The notes under the pieces are model-generated. The model was not told the origin of the DNA. It did no database searches and saw only the letters and a list, made by a program, of their open reading frames with translations. The position numbers were made by a program, and so were the translations under genes. Source: Lytechinus pictus (taxonomy: Eukaryota). Taken from it: a DNA stretch of 64,000 nt. Of the stretch, positions 37,017 to 50,038 are shown in pieces. The stretch covers positions 24,182,001 to 24,246,000 of the forward strand of contig NC_087252.1 of assembly GCF_037042905.1 (NCBI RefSeq), written 5' to 3'. The first letter of the stretch is position 1. Each line of letters begins with the position of its first letter.

Positions 37017-38804
37017 TAAGCCTGAGTCGAATCGATTTTAAAATCGATGTTCGATCGATGTCATCGAACGCCGGTGCAGATTTTGCAAAATCGGTGCATC
37101 GAAAAAAAAAAAAAAATACGTCGGCCGGCCGATTCATTTGGTTCACACAATCAGACATCAAAATAAACAGTAATATCCAACTTGACTACTACTTACTTCA
37201 TTTATATTGCCCCCAAAATGAAACCGATTGTGTAATTATGATGCCTATTCACCATTAATTTGAAGTTTATTTCGATCATAGTTCGAGTCTTACTCGTCTG
37301 CCCGGCTCGTCTGCTCGTGCCGAGATAATTTATGCACGATGAATTTATGAATGGAAGTCGCCATTCATCGTGCATGCGCAGTACCGTACTGTCAATCATA
37401 TCAGAAAATGGCCGGAAAATTGATGCGATCAACGTAAAGTATATCTTGCTTTTCATGAACAATATTAATATCATGACCATAGAACATGATTTAATCGTAA
37501 TATTTAACAATAATTTGCATATGATAATCATTAATATGAACTTAGAGCTTGATGTGAAACGTTTGTATTTCGTTTAAAATTTCAATGGCGGACATCACAT
37601 GACGATCGACTTGAGTGAGTGCACTTGTCTAAAGAAATAATTATCACGTTAGGATTGATTATCGAACATTGTCAACATGTAGAAACTCTTTTGAAGATCG
37701 TAATATCACCATATAATAATATTTTACATGACAAAACAGAGAAAAATTACGTTTGATTTTTTTCCCATCAATATGAAGCTTGTTTGTGCCCAACTTTGGG
37801 CTCTGATTTCATGAATGGAAAATATGTCAGACGTCATCGAACGCGCATGCGCATTGTGCTTCTTTTCTCGGAGCCGGAGCTCGGAGACGTCCAGAGATGG
37901 AATAAAAAATAAAAATAATGCCAGTATAATACTATTAATTCTTCCATATGAACATAACATACTTTGCTGACATCGTCAATTCTTTTAGTATGGCCATAAA
38001 ATCATATTAAATCGTAGTTATTTAACATCCAATAATAATTTATATGAATTTAGAGCTCGATCCAAGAATTCGTATTTATTTCGATCACAAAGCTCTTGTG
38101 TCTAAAAAAAATGGATTATCATTATCAGGATTAAATCTCGAACATCGCCAGAACTCATATTCCACAATCTTTCCTCACAATCGTTATATCAGCATTGAAT
38201 ACCAATTCAAATGACCATCCAGAGAAAATTACGTATTTATTCCCATCAATTTATTTGGAGCTAATTTTGGATCTAACTACCCCGCCAACTACACAATCTC
38301 AGGCAAGTTACAACGCTCTCCCCGCTGTTTGCACTTGTTAGATGGCGCTGGCAAGCACGCCTGTCGTTTCGGGAGAGTGAGTGTACGGGGCTGGTGTGTG
38401 CGAGTCTGGACTGCGAATGCTAGTTGACCGAAAATCATTCGGATCGACTCTGCGTGATTCATGTCTTTAATATTGTTTCATTTTAAACTTATATCTTATC
38501 AATTGCAAATATCATTGTTGAAGATATTTTGGGAAGAATTCTGCATTGCTCCCCGGCCTTTTTTGTGTTTTGTGATCATGGAAAATACAAACGAACTTTG
38601 CTCTGTCATTTGCTTTTGCAACGCTCACCCGGCCAGCGCAGACCGTCAGTGCATGTAGTGCATGCATAGCGCATGCATCGACGGCCGGCCGGAGCCAAAA
38701 AAAGACTTGATTTTCCCCGCCTTCAAATTTCGATGCATCGATGTTCGATCGAATTAAAGCAGTCGAACACCGGTTTTCAAAATAATCGATATGACTCAGG
38801 CTTA
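37017..38804. mobile_element. hAT-superfamily non-autonomous DNA transposon (1.8 kb)
   Basis: TIR TAAGCCTGAGTC..ATCGATT; perfect 8-bp TSD ATCTAGTC (37009-37016, 38805-38812); ATCGA subterminal repeats; no transposase ORF. Confidence 0.92.
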
Positions 38805-41042
38805 ATCTAGTCTACATCAACGTGTATAAACCAGATTGAGTATAACACTGACCTAAATAATTTTCTTTTATTCCAAGTATTGTGTAAATACCTGTCTGGT
38901 TAAAAGCTGAATGGAATTCTTTGTTACTTTTCTTCCAGAGTGAGCTCCATGTGTTGTCCCATGCAGCGGCTTTGCATGCCCGACCAAGTTTGCGCAATGC
39001 ATTTCTTTGAAAACTGATGAATAGCACAGGGTATTAGTATTTGCATTCATAACGCTGACTCATTTGTGGAATGTATGCATACATCAATTATGAATATCAC
39101 ATTCATACTACACAAATCAGAGGGGAATAGCATTTTTCCATGGAGCTACTAAATTTTCCAAAGGCACATAAAGGCCAATAGGTAGATGTAATACAAAAAG
39201 CTCGCAAAGACTCCTAGTGCTAACAAAATTAAAGCATAGTACAAAATCTAGAATATGTAACAAATAATGCACAGGGTTTTTAAATTCAAATTTCCTGGTA
39301 TGACTGAATTTCAGTATTTACCTGTAGTTTTATTTTAAATCTTTATGAAGATAACATAGTGTTGCATGTTGAAATTCTATCTCTCATGTTTGATGAGCTA
39401 TTTCTTGAACGATCTTGTTTGGAGAGGTATATTGTTATTAAAGTTTGCTTCTTTTATCTTAGTTTTAAATACTTTAACCTATAATAATAATAACTACATG
39501 TAGTTACTATGAAATATTGGAAGCAGATCTTTGTTCTTTATTCTTTTGATTTCTAGCCTGTAAGGTCATTTCAAGTTCCAGCTTTATGAAGTAAAAGCTT
39601 GATCAGTTCTACTTTGATATTAGATTAAAGAAACCATCTCCAGAGACTATAAACTCTCCAATGATTAATCCACACCTTTCTGGCTACTGCCAAGCAAGGT
39701 GGCATAAAATATAGATTTCTCTCAGAGTAATTTGGTAACATGAAATTGTGTCACTAACCCGTTTATTCCTAATCCTCCTCAGAGTCTGCACTTTGTTGAA
39801 ACATAAATGTCTTCCAAGCCCTCCCTTTCTTTCAATCAAAATTTGTCCAAACTTCAAAATCCCGGTGTTACAATCGTCAATAATTCACGTCCAATCCCAC
39901 AAGACAATTTGTAATTTGACTTTTCTGATCGTGCTAATCGACTGCGCACCCCGCTAACTTTGAAACCGCTATCAATACTACATGTACGGTATGTAGGACA
40001 GTGGCAGCTAATTAATTAGCCGGACTACGGAGGTGTGTATAACCCCGTCTCGTCATCGGGTCATCTCGTGGGAATCATTCTCATATTTCTTTTGATCCTG
40101 GATACTACACTACATGTAGATGGCCACCTCCTGGTGGGTGGCAGGGCCGATATTTTGACCCAGTAGCCTAGATAACAACTGACGAATAATATATACAAGT
40201 ACTGTACACTTCATAAAGTGAATTGTCAGTGACTTCACTGATATAACCTACTCAAATCCTTTGATACATCTGATTGGCTAAGAACAAGACTGCGAGTGAG
40301 TTTCACAGAAAAAAAAGTTCATGAAATGCCTACGCCCCCACCCCCCCCCCCAAAAAAAGAGAAAAATGACAGAAGAGGATGTTTAATAGGAAAAGAAATA
40401 AAATGATCGATGCAAAAAGAAAGCCGAAATTGAGATTAGGATCGAGAGGCAGTGTCATGACATGTGAAAACACAGGCAAAGAGAAAAAAGGCATCAAGTT
40501 CATGGGTGAAGCCATTGAGGTAATTCCTCAGCAACGTTTCAATGACACGCTAGAGTAGCACCAGAAGCATACCCCCCGATGGAGCCGCATCCTCGACCGG
40601 CGAGATCAAGACAGGGGTTGAGAGCGCACCGTGACAACTAGTCATGATTAGGAAGTCACGATATCCAGTCTAAATGACATGATCTACTTTCATGCGCCGG
40701 TGCTTTAACTAATGAATACCCACGAACAAAGGAGCTTCAATACTTTGGGTAAAACGCCATCCGCTGTATGAATGGAAAATGGCAAAATTTCAGGGTTGAG
40801 AACTGAAGGAAGACACAGATTCTTGTTTCTTTATAAGTGGTGGCAAAGTATGGTAACCTCAAAACCTAGGCAAGAAAGGAAAATTGCAAGACACCAAAAT
40901 GCAATGTATTACCTTGGAAAGCTTCAACAGAGTTCTACTTTTACTATCTTCCCCTCCCCACCCCCTAAAAAATAAAAGTAGAAATGTTAAACTTGATAAA
41001 TTTGTAAAAGTTTGGCTACTGAAATTGAACATTCCTCACTAA

Positions 41043-41423
41043 TACCCCTTTCATAAACCCATCCTCCAATTAGCCACCTAAGAGTAATGCGGATAATTCA
41101 ATAAAAATTGCGTTCACAAACTCCGAAAATAATCCGCACTATTTTTACGAGCGCCCGTCCTGAAAAAGGCGGATAATCGTCATGGCAACCGCACCCACCC
41201 CCTCCGATGCGGTTGTGTTGGAAAAGGGTGACCTTGTGACCGCACCATGGCAATTATCCGCATTACTTTGAAAATGCGTTCATAAAGTCAAAATCTGGTC
41301 CCGATGCCGCTATTATGCGGATAATTGCAGCATCAAAATAATGCGGATAACTCTGGTCCTCCTCCGATTTTAGGACCAAATTATGCTGCTATTAGCCGCA
41401 TAATTGGGTTTATGAAAGGGGTA
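41043..41423. mobile_element. Harbinger-like MITE
   Basis: Perfect 19-bp TIR TACCCCTTTCATAAACCCA; flanks TAA/TGA; repeated GCGGATAA motifs in both orientations. Confidence 0.88.
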
Positions 41424-42042
41424 TGAGAATGAGAGTGAACTGTGCACAGCACAGATTTGAGAGTTTGTAGCAAAAAAAATGAACATGAAATGCACGAGAT
41501 TAAGTGTCACAACAAATAATACTTGAACTAATAATAATACAGATATGGAGGGAAACCCTTTATAATATTTGATTTGATAAAACTTTCTTAAACTAATATC
41601 AAAATGGAATAATATGCAAAGTGACCTGCTTGCAGTCTCGCATCTTGAAAAATGTTCATATATTCACAATGCGATTATTTTTACAATAAATGGCCAGGCG
41701 GTTTACAGTCTGCAGCTCATAAACTTGACAGATTTTCTTCCTTAACTGTCATATTTAGAAAATTGATTCTCACTTGTGGACATGTGAGAAATTTCAAGGG
41801 TCAACTGAAGAATTTGGTGCAATCAAATCACTGATACACCGCTTCAGACAACCAGCGGTCAATTAAATGACCCTAGATGACCTGAGCTTGAGTTCAAGTT
41901 CAAGAGAATATCTTTTTCCCCATCTGTTGCAGTTGGGTGGTCACCGAGTACACATCAGGTTTTCATGTACTTAAAATGAATTCAATTTCAACCTAGGTTT
42001 TTAAATCCTTTCACATCTTCACGATTAAAAAAAAAACACCTA

Positions 42043-42828
42043 GGCTGCGTTTATGCGACCTCAAGCCAGAATCATGATTCAAAACACAAACATGAATCAC
42101 GATGTCACAGAATCAGCGTTTAGACGACCTTCATTACAATGCTGTTTCTCCTCAGATTCGGGCCAATCCAGTGCGCATCACTAGTGCGCAGTTTGACAGA
42201 GGAAGTTTTTCGCACGTGTTTCGGCTCTCGAAAAATCTTTTGCTTCCAGAATTCAGTCTATACCTAATTTTGTTTACTTCTATAGGGTCCATATGCTTCT
42301 ATTCATCTTGTTAGTTTATCCAAAATGGTGTTCGGAAGTGAATTTCAGCGTAGATCCAACTTAATATTAACACTCTATACTCAACAACAACTGAGATCAT
42401 TGTCTGTCCAGTTAATTCATTCACTAGAACTTGAAGTTGAAGACATGACCAAAAAATGAAAAGTAGTGGACGATGCGATGACCAACACAGAACTTGAACA
42501 TGACAAGAAATGCATGCAGAGTAACCATGTACATACAATGAGCATATAGAGAGCCTTGAGCTTGGCAAGAGTCAAACCGAAAGTAGCCCGACACAGTGAG
42601 GTCATATAATCATGATTCAAATCACGATATCGTTTATTCGAACATTTTCATACGTGATTCTGTAGAAACGTCTTTCCAAACGCCCCTTTTTTCGTAGTTC
42701 ATGTTTGTGATTCTAATCATGATTATATTCAATTTCGACTAAACGCAATCGTGATTCTGCAGAATCGTGATTTGAATCATGATTCAGATCATGATTCTAG
42801 GGTGAAAAAGTGGCGGATAAACGCACCC
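42043..42828. mobile_element. Harbinger-like non-autonomous element
   Basis: TIR GG(C/G)TGCGTTTAT; CTA on both flanks; multiple AATCATGATT / AATCACGAT subterminal motifs. Confidence 0.82.
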
Positions 42829-44263
42829 CTACTCATATCCGGCCAGTTGATGAAGGTCTAACAGTACGTGTCCATGAAGTTTAAGATTTCATTAATTTTG
42901 TGAAAGTGTGTTCTTATAAAAATATTTGCAAATCATTGTATTAAAGCAAGAATGGAGAATATTGAATACCCCCCCCCCAAAAAAAAAAAAAAAACACAAC
43001 ACACAATGTCTCCAAATGTTGGCAACGTCTAGTATTTTTTGCTTAATTTAGAAGTGTAAGAAAACGAGGCAAGGGCAAAAAATACAAATCGTAGCACAAG
43101 TGTATTCTGGGATTGTCTTTTAATACATAGGTGTCTTGTTCAGGCTCCCCCCTGCTACGATCTCGCCCGCCGGCCATCTTTTGATCCCACAAGCCTTTAC
43201 AAACGATGGGAAAATGGAAAGTGACATTTGGAGGCATAAATCCATTCTCTATTAAACACGAGGAGAAGTGGGAGAGGTGATCTAGATTCTTTTTCATTCT
43301 TCATTTTGTCTCTTTTTTCCCACCATAACCTGGTGCGCTGGGAGGTATTGTGTGGGAATATCACCACTTGAACCCAAACAAATTGATGGAATTTGAGAAA
43401 TGCAAGCGTCTCCTCCTATATTGTTTCTCATAATTTGGTACATGTAGGTGAAAATACACACAGACGCAATCACACATGTTGGAATGGGTAGCAAAATGAT
43501 TGTTTTGACAGCCGAGGTGATGGTTATGTTGAAAAGTCACCAACTGAACACAGCTTGTTGACATAATACATGTTCTAAACCTACCTCCCATCAAAACCTT
43601 TTCCCCAGAAAGAAAGTATTGAAAATTTAAAAGATAAGTTTACAAAAGTTTTAATATAAAAAAACACTTAATATAGTCTCTTACCTCATTTTGCTCCCAT
43701 TCCAAAACATGATGCCTCAAGTATATTCCCCAAAATATGAAATAAATAATATGATTCAATTTTTTTTTGCCTCATGTCGCTTTGCCCCCTTCCCCATGCA
43801 TATGGCCTTTCATTTCTTTGTTCCAATGGAGGTGATTTCGAAGAATGGCATGCCAAAAATGGCATCTCTACAATTCTACTTTCGTTTTCAAAACCACATC
43901 GGAGTATCTGCCAGGCTGTTCCAACAAAGGGGACAATGACATCTGGCATGGGCAAAGCAAAGAAAAAGAGGGGCTACTTTAATATTGCACAATTTTACGA
44001 CTATGGAATGATACTGTAGATGCAAATTGGTATTAATTACTTGGACATGTATTAAAATCAAAGATAATCGAATAGACAATCTAGGAATTAGAGGCCTAAA
44101 CTGTACAGTCAGTGTGTAGTTTGTAACTTGATTTTTATTTAAAATTTGAATTTGTGGAAAATATAAGTAGAGTGGAGAAATTGCATTCACACATTTCCAA
44201 CTTTAAACTAACTGAAGCTTGAAATGATTTTTCACTGAACACTTTGATTTATTTTTCAATTAA

Positions 44264-45470
44264 AGAGAAATTCCAGTAGTTGCAGTAAACACTGATTTCA
44301 TGAGAAAGTCTGTAAAACCAGGCTTAATTGTCAGTATATCATCGAGGATCTAGATCTGGTACAGTTACATAAACTGAACTTTGTGAAATATTGAAATCTA
44401 CGCTGAAAAATGTTCAGACTGAACTTCCCCAACACAGATAAGCGCATGTGGGACAGTGTATAATTATTGCTTTGAGCGTCGGGCCCGACGCTCTACCCGA
44501 ATCCTGTGCTTATTTGCTGATTTCTCAGCAATTACACAATTTCTTCCAGAATCCTTTGGCACATGCGTTTTATTTATACAAACAGACACTTTGTAGGGGC
44601 AGTGATTTTCCGTTTCAAAAAATTGCCTTTTCCGTTTCAGAAAATCTCAAATTCCGTTTCAGCATGTCAGAAAACGGAAATTCCGTTTCCCCATAGACTT
44701 TTAACACACGGAAAAGTGACAATTCCGTTTACACATTGAATAGCAAAATCACAACATGTACACTCGCACTGGTCAAAATTTGTATCTGCTACTGTACCAA
44801 CAACACAATAGAATCCGTTCTAATCGGATCTATGCGGGTGCATAAAATATTTTTACATACCCATTTAGCATGCATACATCCTCACCTTTCACATTATTAG
44901 CATTATTTCACGGTGAAATGATATTTCATCGATAATTTTGGGGTTTTTTGGACATCGTTATCATCAGTCAATGGCTTTTGCCAATCCGCCATCTTGGATT
45001 TTAAGACCACGATATCGTGCTGTTACATCTTCAAACGTAGAGGGCAGCAACACACGACCGTGTAGTTGAACAATATGTGTGCATGTGAAGCTGGCCCAAC
45101 CCGGCCGGCCGGGTACGGCTACGGTGCGGGGTACAATCGAGTGTGCTGATGTCGAGTGCAGTCACGATGTGTGAATTGTCATGATAGTAGCGAAGTGAGA
45201 TCGTGTTTTCTGGGGTTTTGTGGCCATTTAATATTCTCATTTTGTTGTGATTTTGGAGTAATTTCTGTTGCTATTCTGTGTATTTTGAGGGAAAATATGT
45301 TTTCCGTGATTTTCCGTTTCAAATGCCTCTTTCCGTTTCAAAAGGCCCTTTCCGTGAATTCCGTCCGTTTTCCGCGATCGCGGAAAATCACTGTCCCTAA
45401 CTTTGGTGGTCATTTCATTGGATTCTGTACGAACTCATTTTGATATCGTTACCAAAACTAGCATTTACCT
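44264..45470 (+). mobile_element. Kolobok-like MITE family K1, copy split by a nested insertion
   Basis: TTAA|AGAGAAATTCCAGTAGTTGCAG ... GCATTTACCT|TTAA; colinear with 7749-8142 apart from 44594-45405. Confidence 0.9.
44594..45399. mobile_element. hAT-like non-autonomous element (TAGGG termini) nested in K1
   Basis: 19-bp TIR TAGGG(G/A)CAGTGATTTTCCG; TTCCG subterminal repeats; flanked by ACTTTG (44588-44593, 45400-45405). Confidence 0.9.
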
Positions 45471-45597
45471 TTAAATGTAGACAGATTGCTAGCAAACCTT
45501 TAACCCCCCCCCCCCAAATATTTGCGACTTCATGACAAATTTCTTCAGAGCGCTCATGGGACACAGAGGCCTGATAAAGTCACATGACTATTATTAA

Positions 45598-45965
45598 AGG
45601 AGAATGAAACTCTTGGAGCAAGTTAGCTTTTGTGAAAGCAGAAAAATCAAAGAATAAGATCAACAAAAGTTTGAGTAAAATAGGACTAGCAATAGAAGAG
45701 TTATGAGCATTTGAATGTCGAGATCACTAATGCTATGGAGATCCTCCCATTGGCAATGCGACCAAGATCTATGATGTCACAGATGAACAACTCTCCCCTT
45801 TTGGACACTGAAAATATACCCCAAAACATCTCTCTTTGCTCATTCTAATCATATGACAAACGATTCATCAATGATATAATATTGTGAAACCTCTGTACTT
45901 GTCCACTCATAAAGAGAACACCTCACCTTGTGATAGACTCTATAAAAGTGAGAATATAAGTGAAA
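45598..45965. mobile_element. Probable truncated Kolobok-like element
   Basis: TTAA|AGGAGAATGAAAC start, followed by aaagtttgagtaaaa...aagagttatga and gatgtcac motifs like the other TTAA elements; no right terminus found. Confidence 0.5.
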
Positions 45966-46594
45966 CAATCTTGCTCTCGAAGATGACAGAAGGCCCAACA
46001 TTTTTTTCCCAAAAAAAATTTCGAGACAAAATTCATTCTATATGAGAAAGCAAAAATCTCACCCCTCCCACCCCAACATGTCATTATGTATCACGCACAA
46101 ACACGGTACATCTACAGTTGTTCAGACAGAAGCTTTTTATGCTACTTGTATAAGAGTATTCAAATTTCAACAATCCACTTTGAGATGACAAATTCACAAA
46201 TGATTTTTTGAAAATGCTCAAAAGCTACCCTCATATTCAGAAACATATGGTTTTCCAGAAATTATGACTATGTAACCCATCCCCCTCCCACGCATTCTGC
46301 GTTCCCAATCCAAATCACTCACTACACATGATATATCCCCCTTTGTTGATATTGATTTCTAAATAAAAATAGGGTGTCGGTTTCCCAGAAATAATCAGGA
46401 TTCTGCAAAAAAAGGTCCATCTGTTCAAATATGCAGTCATGATTCAATACATTTGGCAATTTATTTTTATTATAATCACGACAGTTGACGATTCATTTAT
46501 ATTCCGCACATCGTGGGAAATTGACAGGATATTGATTTATAATTTCACATTAGAGACCTTTCAGTGTGTTTTATAGGGCAAGGACACTTTTCTA

Positions 46595-46810
46595 GGTTTC
46601 ATGACGTTGCTCCGGCGACAATTGCTCCGCTCTAAATTCAACACACTAATCGAATTACAAACTTCAACCCTGGGTTTAACACTATACCCTACCCTCTCGG
46701 ATCCTAAACCTAACATAAAACCCTATTGCATCCCTAACCCTAACTCGACATTTCATCTTAGACAAAATAAAGCCCAGAGCAATTGTCGCAGAGGCGAATA
46801 TTGTGTCACC
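46595..46810 (-). mobile_element. TIR element with telomere-like CCCTAA repeats, copy 2
   Basis: ttgctccggcgacaattgctc ... gagcaattgtcgcagaggcgaa; internal ccctaaccctaac; reverse complement of 1149-1326. Confidence 0.75.
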
Positions 46811-47082
46811 ACAATTCTAAGCACATTTCTTTTACATCACAGATGGGAAAATGAAAAAAAGGGTTTAAAAAACATATCCACGGCCAATGATAGGGGCATT
46901 ATGAGGCCTACCAATACTGCCACAACGAAGAGAATTCCTATTTCTTCCTATACCATGTCTATTTTATATTCTTTTCTTTTTGATACTTTTTTAAACTGTT
47001 TGATAGAATTTCCAAGAAGGCCTATCTCTTTAAATTTGAGTAGATCCTTTTCAGAGTGTAAGCTCATGGCAGAGAGATTCAG

Positions 47083-47377
47083 GGCCCCGTTTTACAAAGA
47101 GTTACGATTGATTGGATCAATCGTAACTCTTTGTAAATCCATCAGTGTCATCATTTCTTCAACAGGAAATTTGTAAAATGTCCTTTAAACAAAGGAGAAA
47201 ACACCAAATTGTCAAGAAATCAATGAATTTATGGATATACGTTCATGTCTAGAATTTTTTTTGAACAAACAAGCATTTTATATGTTGACATTGCTGGCCG
47301 TTCATAGTTGCGATTGATCAGATCAATTGCGATTGGCTTTTGATCAGATTAATCGCAACTCTTTGTAACACGGGGTC
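47083..47377. mobile_element. Harbinger-like MITE family A, copy 4
   Basis: cag|ggccccgttttacaaagagttacgattga ... aatcgcaactctttgtaacacggggtc|cag. Confidence 0.85.
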
Positions 47378-47683
47378 CAGGTTTCAACACAACTCAGAAA
47401 ATCAACTGCAAGTACACATGTATCAAATGCACAGATCTCATCTGATTGGTTGAAATGCCAGTTGCGATTGATTTGGGGCATTGCGTTTGATTGCATCTCT
47501 TTCTGCAACACGCCCCGTATCATCATACCCCGATGGATACCATACCATCGTCATCAAATTCCAAAAGTTATCAAAGGGGTGAAGAGTTACACCCCTGAGC
47601 TGAACAAGAGCCCAATTCCTCAGACCCTCAACTCTTTTGTTTTCTTTATGTCTGGTAACATCTTTATTTCCTTGTTACTTCAG

Positions 47684-47805
47684 GAGAGCATTATTCATGA
47701 AACAAATCGTCTGTCATTTTATTGTGCTCTGAGCCAATCAGATGCAAGGATTTCAGTAGCTTCTAACAAAAAGTGAAAATTGCTATGATTTCATGACATG
47801 CTACC
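47684..47805 (+). mobile_element. CCAAT-containing MITE family C
   Basis: cag|gagagcattattcatgaaa ... tttcatgacatgctacc|cag; core ctgagccaatcagatgcaaggatttcagtagctt. Confidence 0.75.
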
Positions 47806-47897
47806 CAGGAAGAGGTTCTTACTCCAAAATTACATCCACATGTACAGTACATTACTTGTTTGGTCTGATGACATTCCTCGGTTTCTTTCAATACAAA

Positions 47898-48047
47898 GGA
47901 AGCGTTTCGTGAAGCATCTCGTCAATGTTTTCCACTGACTTTTAAACATGTACATGTATAAATTTGTTCTGAGCCAATCAGATGCAAGGATTTCAGTAGC
48001 TTATAACAGTTGTCACCGACTATTCATTTCATGAAATGCCCCCCCCC
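47898..48047 (+). mobile_element. CCAAT-containing MITE family C
   Basis: ggaagcgtttcgtgaa ... tttcatgaaatgcccc; 32-bp core identical to the 47684 copy. Confidence 0.75.
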
Positions 48048-49938
48048 CTGAACACTGCACGTAGGGGGTGTAGTTTCACCTCTGCTCTGGACAGTAGCCC
48101 CACTCAAAACCCTTTTTGCCCCTTCCATATTGTCTCTATTTTCTTCCCTAGTAATACAACTGAAGGTGTCCCTTGCATATTTTTCCACCATACACCCAAC
48201 TATCTCCCCTCAAGTCTTCAGATGGTCTGCATACATCCAAACAGAGGGGTGTAAAGTTGCACCCCTTTAGACCCTCCTCGACTCCTTGAACTCTGTCTGC
48301 CGAAATCGTGTTACTGTACCTTGTTGCACTTTCTTGCACAACGCACATGATATTCCTTCCCTGTTCCACTATCATCTATTCATTATCCCATTCCCAATGT
48401 ACACCAAACATGGGCACACCACTACCAGTACACCAAAAGTTAGAGGGGTGTAGAGTTACACCCCTCAAGTCCAGCGGATCCCTGAAAAGCTCTTTGTTTT
48501 CTCTCTGTCTGGCAATGTTTTATTTCCTTGTCACACCTGCATACCATTCTACACAGGTGAGCACCTATTTTTAGCTCGAGGGGACTCAACAGTCACTGGG
48601 GTCAATCCATTATTTCTGCTGCTTGGGGATGGGATAGGGGGCGCAGCTTGCATCAAAGTGCACAGTTTTACCCCCTCCCCCCCCCCTTCAAATCAAACTG
48701 GGAATATTCAAAGTGCAGGAGATGTTTCACAAGTTTTGCGTCGCTTCCAGATTCCCACTTCATCATTCATCATTCAAATGACAAGTCAAAATAGAGCATT
48801 TTCTTGGCATACAAAAGGCCGCCCTTATAACAATTGGGGGCTACTAGATGTACATGTAGTCTACCTTGAATAATTATGGCAATTTTCCCCAGTTTAAGGA
48901 TTCAAAGAAAAAAGAAAGTTTTGTCACTACAGACAATAAAACAACATCTGAAACCTTAATACAGGTTTGAGTTGCGGTCCAGAGGATAACCTCAGAACAG
49001 GAAAAATAAGGCCTATGGTTCAAAGGCCTCTATAGGCAAGACATTAATCTCTATTCATTACACTGCACACAGGTGAGGTAAAAAGGGGCACCTAGAAAAA
49101 AGGCAGCAGTTGTGCTAAAGCACGGATGATAATGACACATTACAAAATATGGATTATGGAGAAAATTAGTGCTCATCGAGAGATCATAAAAATCAGTCAA
49201 TTTCCTTTGTTGTCTGTAATCTAAATTACGCTTTACTTCTTTTATGATGCTCAAATCTCTATTAAAATGTTGAGTATCCTTTTTAATGGTTTTTATGCCA
49301 GACACAGATAAATTATCAAATCTGCACTACAGAAAATAAATGTCATAAAATTCTTCCCTTATGCAGGCCTCTGGCAGAAATGTTTCCTTCCCAAAGAAAA
49401 TTATCACCCAACAAAGAAAAGTCATTTCAATGAAAATCATCTCGCCAGAAAGGAATGTGATTGCCAAATGTACTTTATGTTCTACATGATACAACCCCAA
49501 TAATTATGACCCCCAAAAAAGGCAGCAATGCGTGAAATATTTTTTCTCCAAATCCGCAAATAATAATCACTTCATGATTTTTGTTGAATTCCAACAAAAC
49601 AGATGATTTTCATAACAAATCTGGAACAGGAAGGAATGTTTTTGTTCAGTGCACACCCTCAAAGAGCATTAGTCCCAGGTCCTCATAGTTGCAAACAGAA
49701 CCAAATCTAAAAAACAAAGACCCAGACATGTTCTCATTTCTGAGGGGTCAAAGTTCAAATACATACTTCATCGTTGATGTCAAGTGAAGGGTTATGATTA
49801 TCGGGAGAGGTCCGTGAGTCATTCTTCGTGCAGGAATGTTCTTTTCACACATTCATGTCAATGTACATTTCACGGTTGTATTTCCTCAATCTATAGGGAA
49901 AAAAGTACATGTATGCTATGGACATAACCAGTGCCCCC

Positions 49939-50038
49939 AAAACTCAAAATTATTGATCTTTAAGTTAAATACAGACTTGCAACTGATTTCAACCGAAACT
50001 CAAAATTATTGATCTTAAGTTTTAGACTTGCAACTGAT
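49939..50038. repeat. Short tandem duplication (~57-bp period x2)
   Basis: aaactcaaaattattgatctt(t)aagtt...agacttgcaactgat occurs twice. Confidence 0.85.

Noticed and set aside
46601..47176. Longest ORF in the window (191 aa)
   Set aside because: Runs across two unrelated MITEs and spacer DNA; no recognisable domain
47575..48466. Spaced palindromic repeats as a CRISPR array
   Set aside because: Spacers are 160-470 bp and irregular, repeats are degenerate, context is eukaryotic with no cas genes
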